Source of the DNA: a virus
Lineage: Duplodnaviria > Caudoviricetes
Reading direction: 5' to 3' (one strand)
Length of the DNA: 64,000 nucleotides
Virus record (IMG/VR): IMGVR_UViG_3300021387_001565
Coordinates: 64,001-128,000 of that record
Shown in pieces: positions 20,327-29,673 of this stretch. A program made the position numbers and the translations under genes. The notes below the pieces were generated by a model. The model was not told where the DNA came from and ran no database searches. It saw only the letters and a program-made list of their open reading frames with translations. Every line of letters starts with the position of its first letter. Position 1 is the first letter of the stretch.

Positions 20327-21634
20327 TCAAGATACTGTAACTTCCTCGTTGGTAATAGTAATACCAATCTCGAAATCTTCCACAGGGTAAATAGGAACTA
20401 CATTAACCGTAGCAGACAACTTGGTCTTATCCGAAGTAGGATTGTACTTAATGCTCCAATCGGTCAATGCTCCACCGCTAACCATTTGGTCAAGTGTAGG
20501 AGCGATAGCCGCATTAAAGTTCATCTTAAGCACATCACTGTTAGGCTCGAACATCAGACGAAGAGCACTTACATAAATGACCTTCTTAATGTCGCTGAGC
20601 ATGTTACGGACGTTCAAGAAATTCTTGGCTACTGTACCTGCAAGTCCTACAGTCATCAGTGTTCTGTTACCCCAAATGGTGTAGCCGTAAGGCTTAACAT
20701 TGGCGATAGCATTTATACAAATGCCCGACTTAGGCTGATAACTGTCCGCAATAGACATGGTGAGTGGAGTATATGTCTGAGGAAGAACTACATTCGGAAC
20801 AACACCACGATTTACACCTGCAACAGCAAGGAAGTTTGCGTTTCCATCTCTCATCGACTTGGCAAGTGACATAAGGTACAGGTATGACCCGGGCATGTCA
20901 AGTGCTCTGCCTGCACTAGGCTGAGTACATGAGAACCAAGGAGTAAACATGGAAGCGTACTCACTATCAATCTTGTACGGGCTTTCCGTGTTAGTGATAG
21001 AGTAATATACCGAGGTGTTTGCCGAAGCCACCATACTACGCTCTGAATTGTTGGTATGGTCGATGAGAGCACACGCGTCACCGCGAGCGTTCGCAAGGTC
21101 AATCATCTTTGCCGCGATGGTAGACCCAGGGGTTGACACATCAGCGGAATACTCAAAGTTCGGGTAACCACCTGTCGTGATGTACTTGAACTGATATTCC
21201 GACTTGTCCTTCAACTTCTCCCACATGTTACCGCAAAGCTCATTATAAATGAACAGAACCGTAACAGTAGTAGCCGCATCATTCAGTCGCTCATAGAGCA
21301 CAGGGAGACCTGCGTTTATAAGTTCTCTTGCGTATACATAGGCAGGGTCGGGTGCTCCCTCTTCGTACATCGAACCGCTTGTAGGTGTAGCCGCAATAGC
21401 AAAGCCATCGGGATAATCCTGTGCGGCAGTGAAAAGATAAGGTTCAGTGCCACAAGCCGCCTCAAACTCTTCAATCGTTGTCAGCAGTATAGGTGTGTGC
21501 TGACTAATCACGGTGTCGGGGGAAAATTTACCCGCTACGTTAGTTACCAACCCGGGCACGTACACTATGTCGGAATCGCTTAACACGGGATTTCCTGCCG
21601 ACAAATCGATTTCGTTGATTACAATACTAGGCAT
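20327..21634 (-). CDS. Tail sheath protein
   Basis: MPSIVINEIDLS start; AGVNRG, INAI, IWGNRTL, LNVR, FEPN motifs. Confidence 0.92.
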   Translation of the reverse strand: MPSIVINEIDLSAGNPVLSDSDIVYVPGLVTNVAGKFSPDTVISQHTPILLTTIEEFEAACGTEPYLFTAAQDYPDGFAIAATPTSGSMYEEGAPDPAYVYARELINAGLPVLYERLNDAATTVTVLFIYNELCGNMWEKLKDKSEYQFKYITTGGYPNFEYSADVSTPGSTIAAKMIDLANARGDACALIDHTNNSERSMVASANTSVYYSITNTESPYKIDSEYASMFTPWFSCTQPSAGRALDMPGSYLYLMSLAKSMRDGNANFLAVAGVNRGVVPNVVLPQTYTPLTMSIADSYQPKSGICINAIANVKPYGYTIWGNRTLMTVGLAGTVAKNFLNVRNMLSDIKKVIYVSALRLMFEPNSDVLKMNFNAAIAPTLDQMVSGGALTDWSIKYNPTSDKTKLSATVNVVPIYPVEDFEIGITITNEEVTVS

Positions 21635-21636
21635 CT

Positions 21637-22284
21637 TTATTCTCCTTTGTCAATTTTGAATGCTAACTCAGTGTCACTATCCTGTGGCTTAACATATATG
21701 GAATCAAGAGATTTATTCGTCCTACTCTTAACATCCCACAAATATGCGTCGTCAACATAGATGTGCAACGTAAACCGAGTAAATTGCCCAACCATCAGTC
21801 GTTCGGGAATATCAGAATTATCCTCAACGTCCGTACTTATTCGTAATGTGGCATTATGAACAAAGTTTAGGTCATTGTAAGGTACTTCAACCTTGAACGA
21901 CGGACTGTTTATAACATTAAATACAATTTCTCGTGCGTATTCGTCAGCCTCTTCCTTAAACTTGGAATAAATATCTAACTGATACTCAATGTTTATGGGA
22001 ATTGCATTTAATCTCAAAGTACGTTTAGTCGATTTATCCGCTGTTATAGCGTCAAACGACAGAACGGTCTTATTGGGGTTGATAATCTCATACCCACCCA
22101 CTCGACGAAGACACAATATTGGTAAGGTAATCGGATGGTCTCTCTTTTCCTCAGCCACTACCTCAAACAGTCTACGGGTATCATCCTGCCCGTACACATG
22201 CATGTTTGTGTCATTCGTCCAATTCTTTAGTTTATCCAACAGAGCGTTGTCATAAAAAGCTACAGACATGTCTGCTCCTTCCAC
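21637..22284 (-). CDS. Tail terminator/neck protein (gp15-like)
   Basis: ITLPIL...IPINIEYQLDIY pattern; directly upstream of the sheath. Confidence 0.6.
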   Translation of the reverse strand: MEGADMSVAFYDNALLDKLKNWTNDTNMHVYGQDDTRRLFEVVAEEKRDHPITLPILCLRRVGGYEIINPNKTVLSFDAITADKSTKRTLRLNAIPINIEYQLDIYSKFKEEADEYAREIVFNVINSPSFKVEVPYNDLNFVHNATLRISTDVEDNSDIPERLMVGQFTRFTLHIYVDDAYLWDVKSRTNKSLDSIYVKPQDSDTELAFKIDKGE

Positions 22285-22658
22285 GTGTAATACAGACCAT
22301 CAAGAGTATCAATAAGAGTCTGTGCAGTCTGGGTAAATATTGGATAACCTTTTATATCGATGTTACCATCGTTGATTAACTTACACAAAGTAATAAGTTT
22401 ATATTTACCTACTTTCACATTAGGGTCAACTGTAATCTTCAAGATACTTGAAAACGACTCTATAACGAGATTAGTTGAAGCCTGTCTTATAATGAGTCGA
22501 CAATCAACGTCGCCAGTGGGAAAAATCTTATCCGAAAGATACCTGTCGATAGACTGCAAGTGAGAATCAGTGGAAGCCACCTGCAAGTGTTGTGCCCAAA
22601 GTCGTTTTAAGTGGAGCACGAACGGGTATTCGTAACCCTCAAAACCGATTGAGGTCAT
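22260..22658 (-). CDS. Hypothetical protein
   Basis: 132-aa ORF in operon. Confidence 0.45.
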   Translation of the reverse strand: MTSIGFEGYEYPFVLHLKRLWAQHLQVASTDSHLQSIDRYLSDKIFPTGDVDCRLIIRQASTNLVIESFSSILKITVDPNVKVGKYKLITLCKLINDGNIDIKGYPIFTQTAQTLIDTLDGLYYTWKEQTCL

Positions 22659-22660
22659 AA

Positions 22661-23344
22661 TTACTTCCTCTTACCTTTCGAACGAGTGTTCTGCTCGTCA
22701 TCGTCGACAGCCTTATTAAACACTCTTGAATAGAAAGCATCATAAAATTTACCATTGGTAAATACTGAATCATGCGCTCGCTTTAACAAAGCCTTGTCAT
22801 AAGGCTCTTGTGCGTTGAGCAAGTCGGCTACATTGGGGAGCAATTCATCCATTTGACGGGTATCAAAGTAAGAGCGAATCGCTTTTTGAGCTTCACTAGA
22901 CGAGTTTTTGAACTTGGATGCAACCTGTTCAATAACCTCATCATCAGACAATTTACTAACCCGTTGGTCAACCCCGCCGTCGTTATCTCCGCTGTCCCGT
23001 TGGTCATACAAATTATCCACTTGATACCAAATAGATGTCGTATCATTGTGGTTAGTCAGACCGCTCGGACGCAGATTGCCCAAATCATCATAAAACACGT
23101 TGTTCAATGATATATCGTCAAGAACATACCCTAGTTCATTTATCTGATTGGTAGGGTCAGACAAAAGTATTGCAAGGGTGAGTACGTAATAATACTCTTT
23201 AAACGGCAAGTTAGCGCAATCGTTGATGAGATGGCTCAACCCATAGATATTATCCACCCTGCTCAACTCTGTTTCGTGTTCTTCCACGAAATCTAACTTA
23301 TCCTCATCATGGCGAGGATAAGCGTATCTTTCCTGCAACTGCAT
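22661..23344 (-). CDS. Hypothetical protein (possible head-internal protein)
   Basis: 227 aa; N-terminus MQLQE. Confidence 0.5.
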   Translation of the reverse strand: MQLQERYAYPRHDEDKLDFVEEHETELSRVDNIYGLSHLINDCANLPFKEYYYVLTLAILLSDPTNQINELGYVLDDISLNNVFYDDLGNLRPSGLTNHNDTTSIWYQVDNLYDQRDSGDNDGGVDQRVSKLSDDEVIEQVASKFKNSSSEAQKAIRSYFDTRQMDELLPNVADLLNAQEPYDKALLKRAHDSVFTNGKFYDAFYSRVFNKAVDDDEQNTRSKGKRK

Positions 23345-23346
23345 AG

Positions 23347-23841
23347 TTAGTAGTCATCCTCTTCTGAGTTCAACAGATTGTAGCTGTCGGACTTATAATT
23401 CTCTTTAGGGTTACTGTAAGTGTCCTCGAACTCGGGGACAATAGCACAAGTGATGGACGCAGGATAAAGCATGATATTGCTCATCTGAGCCACTTTGAAC
23501 AACCTACCCTGTGCCTTGTCAATGCCGCTTGGAATAATAAACAGAGCACCAACCTGCAAATCGTGTAGGTCATAAGGAACTTGTATCAAACAGGCGTTCT
23601 CAGTCAGTTCCGAAACCCAACCGAGTTTCTTCATGGTGTACTGATTAGGATGTTCTTCGAAAATACATCCAATAGGTTCACCTGCTTGATAATTCTTATC
23701 TATCTCAGCGTATGTAGTCCACGACTTACCTGCCTTTGGAGCACGATACACAACCTCAATTCCGATTAATTGGAGCATCTGGTTAAAGTAAGTCCTATTA
23801 AGTTTTATGTTCTGTTCGTTTAATAAAACTCCGTAGTCCAT
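23347..23841 (-). CDS. Neck/head closure protein (gp14-like, putative)
   Basis: FNQMLQLIGIEVVYR...KKLGW pattern; start reassigned to MDYG after GGAG RBS. Confidence 0.55.
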   Translation of the reverse strand: MDYGVLLNEQNIKLNRTYFNQMLQLIGIEVVYRAPKAGKSWTTYAEIDKNYQAGEPIGCIFEEHPNQYTMKKLGWVSELTENACLIQVPYDLHDLQVGALFIIPSGIDKAQGRLFKVAQMSNIMLYPASITCAIVPEFEDTYSNPKENYKSDSYNLLNSEEDDY

Positions 23842-23852
23842 ACTGTCTCCAA

Positions 23853-24158
23853 TCATGCTTCGTGCCAATCGCGCCTTAAGGGATGTTCCGTACCGTCCCA
23901 CAGATATGTAAGATGTCCATCGGGATACAGACTAACAAACGCTCCCGTTACAGGGTTGTCATTCTCTTTCGAGCGATAATAGCAACCACCGTTCTCATGC
24001 TCATAATCCTTTGTGTATACATATCCCTTGTGGGTACTAGGAAACAACTCGATGAAAATCCTGTCGGGAAAAGACGTTAGTGTGTCATTATCCTCAGTCT
24101 CTATGAGAGTGTGAGTACGGGGGTCTTTCTTGCGCTCCAAATCGCTTTCGAGCCTCAT
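23853..24158 (-). CDS. Hypothetical protein
   Basis: 101-aa ORF with GGGGGTG RBS. Confidence 0.5.
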   Translation of the reverse strand: MRLESDLERKKDPRTHTLIETEDNDTLTSFPDRIFIELFPSTHKGYVYTKDYEHENGGCYYRSKENDNPVTGAFVSLYPDGHLTYLWDGTEHPLRRDWHEA

Positions 24159-24172
24159 GCACGAACACCCCC

Positions 24173-25207
24173 TTATCTACGACTGATGGGCTTATGGATA
24201 GTCTTACGTCTGCGTAAGTTCTCATTGATACACTTGGACTTGCGGATAGGGGATTTCTGCTTAAGTGACTCTTTGAGCACTGTACCCTTTACCATGCCGT
24301 GTCCGTTCTTTCCGATAACCACATACCTGTAAGACAGTGACTCGCATACGAGTTTCTTGCCATCAACTGCACCAACAAGTACAAAAGGCTTCTTGCAACG
24401 GGTGATAGATAAGTTCTCTCCAAGAAGAGTGACCTTTCCATCGGGAGTGATAGTATCGGGAGTAAACTTAAAGGTGGTATTTACTCTCTTACCGTTAGTG
24501 TAGGTGATTACACCCTCAAGCATAATGCAGTCGGGTTTCTTAATGGCTTTACGTGTCTTGTAAGACTTAACATCGCCGTAAGACTCACGAAGATATGACT
24601 CAACCATATCATCCATGTCATCGTCAACCTCATCGAGGTCTACATCGCGCTCTTCGTCTTTGTCCTTGTCGGTATCACCCTTTTCGTCACCTTCGTCGGT
24701 ATCAGATTCGGTCTTGATAGTGGACTCTTCTTCGCTATCAAGGGGCTTAATAATCTCATCGCTATCGGAAGTCTCTACGGTTACTTCCTCAGTCTCAGTG
24801 GTGTCTTCAACAGGTGTCTCGCCCTCGACCGTGACATCCTCTGTGGTCTCTTCCGAGAACGGAGCAATCTTACCAAGAATGTTGAAGCCACCCGACATAA
24901 AGCAGTAAGGACATTCCTCATCAGCGTTAGCCAATCCTGTCTCTTCGTCTACACGAATAGCATCCATAGGCTTAAAAATCTTGGACTTGCATACGGGGCA
25001 CTCAAGCACACCCTGTCCCACATAAGAAACCTGCAAATCATCTACTGAGGTAACTTCGGGGTCAATAACGTCAACCAACTCCGCAGGAACATCGTCGATA
25101 GCGTCCTTAAGCCCTGCAAGACCTTCGGGGGTTGTGTCGAACTGAGTGGCAATGCCCTCGTTATCGACATCATCCAAACTAACAAATGCTTCTGTCAAAT
25201 AATTCAT
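24173..25207 (-). CDS. Acidic zinc-ribbon protein, probable head-internal/core protein
   Basis: CPVC and CPYC; acidic linker; repeated LTEA/MVES/LRES/LKES/INEN motifs. Confidence 0.55.
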   Translation of the reverse strand: MNYLTEAFVSLDDVDNEGIATQFDTTPEGLAGLKDAIDDVPAELVDVIDPEVTSVDDLQVSYVGQGVLECPVCKSKIFKPMDAIRVDEETGLANADEECPYCFMSGGFNILGKIAPFSEETTEDVTVEGETPVEDTTETEEVTVETSDSDEIIKPLDSEEESTIKTESDTDEGDEKGDTDKDKDEERDVDLDEVDDDMDDMVESYLRESYGDVKSYKTRKAIKKPDCIMLEGVITYTNGKRVNTTFKFTPDTITPDGKVTLLGENLSITRCKKPFVLVGAVDGKKLVCESLSYRYVVIGKNGHGMVKGTVLKESLKQKSPIRKSKCINENLRRRKTIHKPISRR

Positions 25208-25267
25208 TGTTTAAGTCTCCTTTACAATAATGCATGTACATCTACAATCTAATACAATCTAACCATC

Positions 25268-25975
25268 TTAATCTATAGCAATATTAAGATAGGAGTTAGC
25301 CTGTAATGATGTTCGCAAGTCGGCAAGTTCTTGATTGCCCTCGTTCAGCATGGTATCACCATCCTGTTCCCACAACGCATTGGGTTGTTTAAAACGGCTA
25401 CGCACCCTGCCTAATACTATCTTCACATGGGCAATGGACAGACGCAAAAGAATGTCCTGCCAATATTCGGATGTAACCTGTTCAACGTTCATGAGAACGG
25501 GAACAAAGATTATAGTAACAGACGCAGGGGTATTAGAACTAACGTTAATATATAACTTCTGCGAGTCCTTGTCAAAGAATTTTGACATATCTGTAGACGT
25601 TGTATTGCGGATTTGTAACAGCGTGTTCCATGCTCCATAATTCGAGGCAAAATCTCGAAACTGATTCATGTTACCGTATCCCGACAATAACTGCCACTGT
25701 GTAGCAAGCAACGGGTCAAACGTTCGTCCGCCTTGAATATCGGTAGAGATAGCCTGTGCCCGCAATACTCGCAACACGGAATTTACCTTATATGCAGATA
25801 AATCAATGCAAGACGAGTATGGCACAGTAATTGTCTTGAAACTATCATAATATCTATTCAATTCTCGCAAAGACCTGTAGATGAGTTTATCTACCGTTTC
25901 ATCGGGTATCTCTAGGGTAAGGATACTTCCGTCAACCTCGGTTTTTACATCATCTCTGAGTTGAGTCAAATCCAT
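25268..25975 (-). CDS. Neck protein (gp13-like head-tail adaptor)
   Basis: Follows capsid; W...L..A.VKIVLGRVRSRF...DGDTMLNEG..EL signature. Confidence 0.75.
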   Translation of the reverse strand: MDLTQLRDDVKTEVDGSILTLEIPDETVDKLIYRSLRELNRYYDSFKTITVPYSSCIDLSAYKVNSVLRVLRAQAISTDIQGGRTFDPLLATQWQLLSGYGNMNQFRDFASNYGAWNTLLQIRNTTSTDMSKFFDKDSQKLYINVSSNTPASVTIIFVPVLMNVEQVTSEYWQDILLRLSIAHVKIVLGRVRSRFKQPNALWEQDGDTMLNEGNQELADLRTSLQANSYLNIAID

Positions 25976-26054
25976 AGAATCACCTCAATGTGAACATACG
26001 ATACTTACATTATGATTATACAATGTTCTGCGACAAAAAACAATAAATACAGTA

Positions 26055-26081
26055 AGAGGACTTGCAAAAAGCAAGTCCTCT
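26055..26081. terminator. Hairpin terminator after the capsid gene
   Basis: agaggacttgc-aaaaa-gcaagtcctct. Confidence 0.6.
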
Positions 26082-26122
26082 ATATACCGTTTAATGGTTA
26101 TGCAACCACCCGAACACCATCA

Positions 26123-27574
26123 TCAGTCGGTAACTGCACCCGAGATAAGCAGGTCTTTGTTAAGCATCTTGCAATCATACAGGGTACTGAAACCTTCGGA
26201 AGTCATGCCGTCAGCGAACTGAATCAACTGAGTAGGGATAACAGGCAGGTAAGGTGCATATACAGCGGCAGAAGACATCATATCAGCACCATTTACACCG
26301 ATGACAAACTTGCCAGGGGTAATGTTGGGTGTTACGAATACCTTCAATCCGTTGAGTGAGCCTGCGTAGTACGGACCGTTCATCTGTCCAACAGTAGCGG
26401 CTTGGAAGCCCGGAACGAACGCAAGTACGGGAAGAATATCAGATGCAATAAGCATGTAGTTAGGTGCAAACCTCTTGGTTGCATCGTAAATCTTCTGCTT
26501 ACCAATCTCAATCTTCTCAGCGAAGAATGCGTAGTGCTCCTGCTTAGAAGCGTAAACACCCTGCGGAACAGCCTTGCTGAATGTAAGGTCGCTATCAACA
26601 ACAGCGTTATCGATAAGCATCTGAGTAATCTCAGTATCAATCTCGTATGCTAACTGTCCAAGTGCCTGCTCGGAAAGGTTCTTGTTCAAATCCTGTCCAT
26701 ACTCACTCTTGAACTGGAACTCAGCAAGCTGTGAGTAGTAGATAGCAATTCTACGTGCCTTTGCGAACAGAGGAATGCTCTCGATGTGTGCGTTGATGGT
26801 AGGAAGTTCGTTCTGAGGAACGGTTACGTTATCGTAAACATAGTTTACGGTTACAGCCGTCGCAGTAATAGCGGCATCGATTGCAGTGCCATCACCGAGA
26901 ACGATTGCACCTGTAGCATAATCGATAGTACCAACTTCTGTACCTGTACCTGTGTAGGTAATGTTGGTTACGTTGCCGTTTGAATCTGTCTTAGGAGTGT
27001 AGTCTGCGGTAAGACCCTTGTAGAGTTTACCATCACCCTTATCAACGATTACGAGAGAGCCGTTGATAATCTGAACATACCCGGGAACTACAGCCTTCCA
27101 AGAAAGTGTACGCTCAACTCTCTTAGCGGTAATTTCGGAAGCCTCGATAGCCGCCTTTGCCTCTACAACCTTCTGTGAGGTGTAGTTAACATCAACGTTA
27201 CCCAACTTGAAAGGATTGTTAACAAGGTCACCCTGTGTAGACGCACCCTTGGTAGTACCCTTGGTGTAGTTGATATAACTTACGAAACCGCTCATGCTCG
27301 ACATGGGATGAACGATAACAAGTTCATGTGCGATAAGGTTGGGAACTGCAAGAGTTACAAGGTCAAGACAGAACTTCTTGAAAGCACCGATATCAGACCT
27401 CTGAACTGCTGACGAAGAAGCAAATGCTTCGTTTAAGTATTTAGCCGTATTGTCAAGGCACTTTGCAACAGCCAACTTACGGTTGGTGTCCATTGCTGTA
27501 CCAATCTTGTTAGCCTTTTTGTAAAAAGCCTCAGACACGGCAATTCTCTTCGAATACTGCTCTAAAAGATTCAT
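26123..27574 (-). CDS. Major capsid protein (T4 gp23-like)
   Basis: PNLIAHELVIVHPM, AKARR, LAYEIDTEI, AVYAPYLP motifs. Confidence 0.93.
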   Translation of the reverse strand: MNLLEQYSKRIAVSEAFYKKANKIGTAMDTNRKLAVAKCLDNTAKYLNEAFASSSAVQRSDIGAFKKFCLDLVTLAVPNLIAHELVIVHPMSSMSGFVSYINYTKGTTKGASTQGDLVNNPFKLGNVDVNYTSQKVVEAKAAIEASEITAKRVERTLSWKAVVPGYVQIINGSLVIVDKGDGKLYKGLTADYTPKTDSNGNVTNITYTGTGTEVGTIDYATGAIVLGDGTAIDAAITATAVTVNYVYDNVTVPQNELPTINAHIESIPLFAKARRIAIYYSQLAEFQFKSEYGQDLNKNLSEQALGQLAYEIDTEITQMLIDNAVVDSDLTFSKAVPQGVYASKQEHYAFFAEKIEIGKQKIYDATKRFAPNYMLIASDILPVLAFVPGFQAATVGQMNGPYYAGSLNGLKVFVTPNITPGKFVIGVNGADMMSSAAVYAPYLPVIPTQLIQFADGMTSEGFSTLYDCKMLNKDLLISGAVTD

Positions 27575-27636
27575 TGTGTTGTGTCTCCTTATGGTTTTAT
27601 GTTACTATATGTATATACAACGTTTTTTACAAATTA

Positions 27637-29199
27637 TTAACCAAGGTTATTCACCAATGTCAATAACGAATCAATACTGTCATCTGCATTGTCTCCCGTA
27701 GGCAGACTCTGCGGATTAGAGATACTGATTTTGGGAACAGACGTTTCACCCACAGTAAATGGAAGTTTACTCATAGACGTTCTGTAGTCCCGCAAATCTT
27801 CGCAAATGCGCTCAATATCGTCAAAGGAATAATTAGACGGAAGTTTCTCTATAATTGACTGCTTGGAGCATCCAAGCATACGAGCCTGTGACTCAATGAA
27901 GTGCGATACGGCATTGTTAGCAATTCGCTTATACTTCTCCACGAGTTTGTTAGACTCTGACAACTTCGAGGTGTATTCCTTTTGCTTTAACTCTGAGTTC
28001 TTCTCAAGACTCTTTACGTTGTCATCGTACTTAGTCTTAAGGCTTTCAACGGTCTGCTTGTACTGTGCGTTCTCTGTGAGCAAGGTCTTAACCTTCTCAT
28101 TAGCCGTACTTAAATCCGTCTCTGTCTTTGTGAGTTTTTCCTGTAATGCGGTCTTTTTCATTGAAAACTGACGTACTTTACCCTGTAGCTCAGCCAACTG
28201 TGTTTCATAACCAGAGTTAGAACGCTCTTTGTTGGCAAGGCTTTCCTTCAACTTCTGTTCATGCTGTTGACTCGTAGTAGCACTTGCCTGTAATCTCTTT
28301 ACTTCTTCCGTCAATTTTACGATTGACGCTTTCTGTTGTGCGAGGTTCTCATTAAGGCTGACTTCCTTTGCATAGCAAGCAGATAGTTTCTCCTGTAACT
28401 GAGTAACCTGCTCTACAAGTTTTTTATTCTCTTGTAGTGTCTTTTTGAGTTCATCCACAAAGTCATCTTCTCTATTAGGGACTGATTTCTTCTGTCTGTT
28501 CTCATTTATGGTTAAATTATCCTTCGATAAAGAATAATCGTCCAAATCTACTTCATTGTTACCTAAAAATTCAAGCATAACTCTACGAGAGTCTTCACCT
28601 GCTTCGGCAACAACCTTTTTAAGAGCTTCCGTAAGGGGAACGTTCTTATGCAACGACTCGGTTACAAACGTAGGACGTGCACTCTTAACTGCGGGAAGCA
28701 ATACTGCATCCCAACCCTCACAGGAATAAGAATCAGCGTCAACTTCTTCTATTCCATCGTCGTTAATGAACACATCACCCGAGCCACGGCTTGATACACC
28801 AACCTTTGTTCCGTAGTCACACATAGTCTTTAATATGCGTCCCAACGGGGTATCAAGAATATCAAATACTCCGTACAACTTTCCGTCTGCACCCTTCTTA
28901 GGCTTCTCCGCAAGACAGATTGCAATACGCTCAGAATCGGTTTCCTCACGGTCAGCGGGATGGTCTAATTCACCAAAGCAAGATTTAGTCTCAATCTTCT
29001 CTTCCATAATCGGGTCGGTGAATACCTTCTCCCATAACCTTTCGCCATATAGTCTACCATTTCTTGTCGGTTTTGTAAAGTCTGCAATTACACCAACAAG
29101 TCTACCGAGAATGCCACGAGATTTTTGCTCTTCCTCGGTCAACTTTTTATATGTAAATTGAGTAGCGATTGACTGTAACATAATTGTCTCTCCTGTCAC
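27637..29199 (-). CDS. Prohead protease (gp21-like) fused to coiled-coil scaffold
   Basis: RNGRLY, GELDHP, DTPLGRI, GVSSRGSG, WDAVLLPA; long C-terminal coiled coil. Confidence 0.9.
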   Translation of the reverse strand: MTGETIMLQSIATQFTYKKLTEEEQKSRGILGRLVGVIADFTKPTRNGRLYGERLWEKVFTDPIMEEKIETKSCFGELDHPADREETDSERIAICLAEKPKKGADGKLYGVFDILDTPLGRILKTMCDYGTKVGVSSRGSGDVFINDDGIEEVDADSYSCEGWDAVLLPAVKSARPTFVTESLHKNVPLTEALKKVVAEAGEDSRRVMLEFLGNNEVDLDDYSLSKDNLTINENRQKKSVPNREDDFVDELKKTLQENKKLVEQVTQLQEKLSACYAKEVSLNENLAQQKASIVKLTEEVKRLQASATTSQQHEQKLKESLANKERSNSGYETQLAELQGKVRQFSMKKTALQEKLTKTETDLSTANEKVKTLLTENAQYKQTVESLKTKYDDNVKSLEKNSELKQKEYTSKLSESNKLVEKYKRIANNAVSHFIESQARMLGCSKQSIIEKLPSNYSFDDIERICEDLRDYRTSMSKLPFTVGETSVPKISISNPQSLPTGDNADDSIDSLLTLVNNLG

Positions 29200-29645
29200 A
29201 TCTTGTTAATGTGTTCAAAAAACTTACAATCTGCTTTTACCAAATGCAAAATCTTAATGCACGGGATTAAATCCGCAGTCTTGCTATAATTATATATACA
29301 ATAACTTATTTCATCTAATCGAGCATGTCGTAAAAAACTGTTACGGTCTGTAACTGTTTTGACGAAAAGCAAAATCTGCAACTGTAGCGAAGCAAGAGTA
29401 GTAAGCACCGTATCGGGGTCGTCCTTCTCTTTTACGATGTTCCCATACAACTGACTCTTCTTGGCGTTGTAGGATTTTCTCAACTTGATATAAAAACTAT
29501 TGATATCAAGCGGCTTGCGGTCAGATATGAACTTAACGATGTCGGGAGTTATACCGTTCTTAAGTAAGTTCTCAATCTGTTGTCTGTCATCGAGTTCCGT
29601 GAGAATTGTTAAACAATCAGTTTTAGTAAACATTGAGTTTATCAT
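29196..29645 (-). CDS. Hypothetical head-module protein
   Basis: 149-aa ORF between portal and protease. Confidence 0.55.
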   Translation of the reverse strand: MINSMFTKTDCLTILTELDDRQQIENLLKNGITPDIVKFISDRKPLDINSFYIKLRKSYNAKKSQLYGNIVKEKDDPDTVLTTLASLQLQILLFVKTVTDRNSFLRHARLDEISYCIYNYSKTADLIPCIKILHLVKADCKFFEHINKM

Positions 29646-29673
29646 CCTTTCCTTTGGTTATTACCAACTGGCA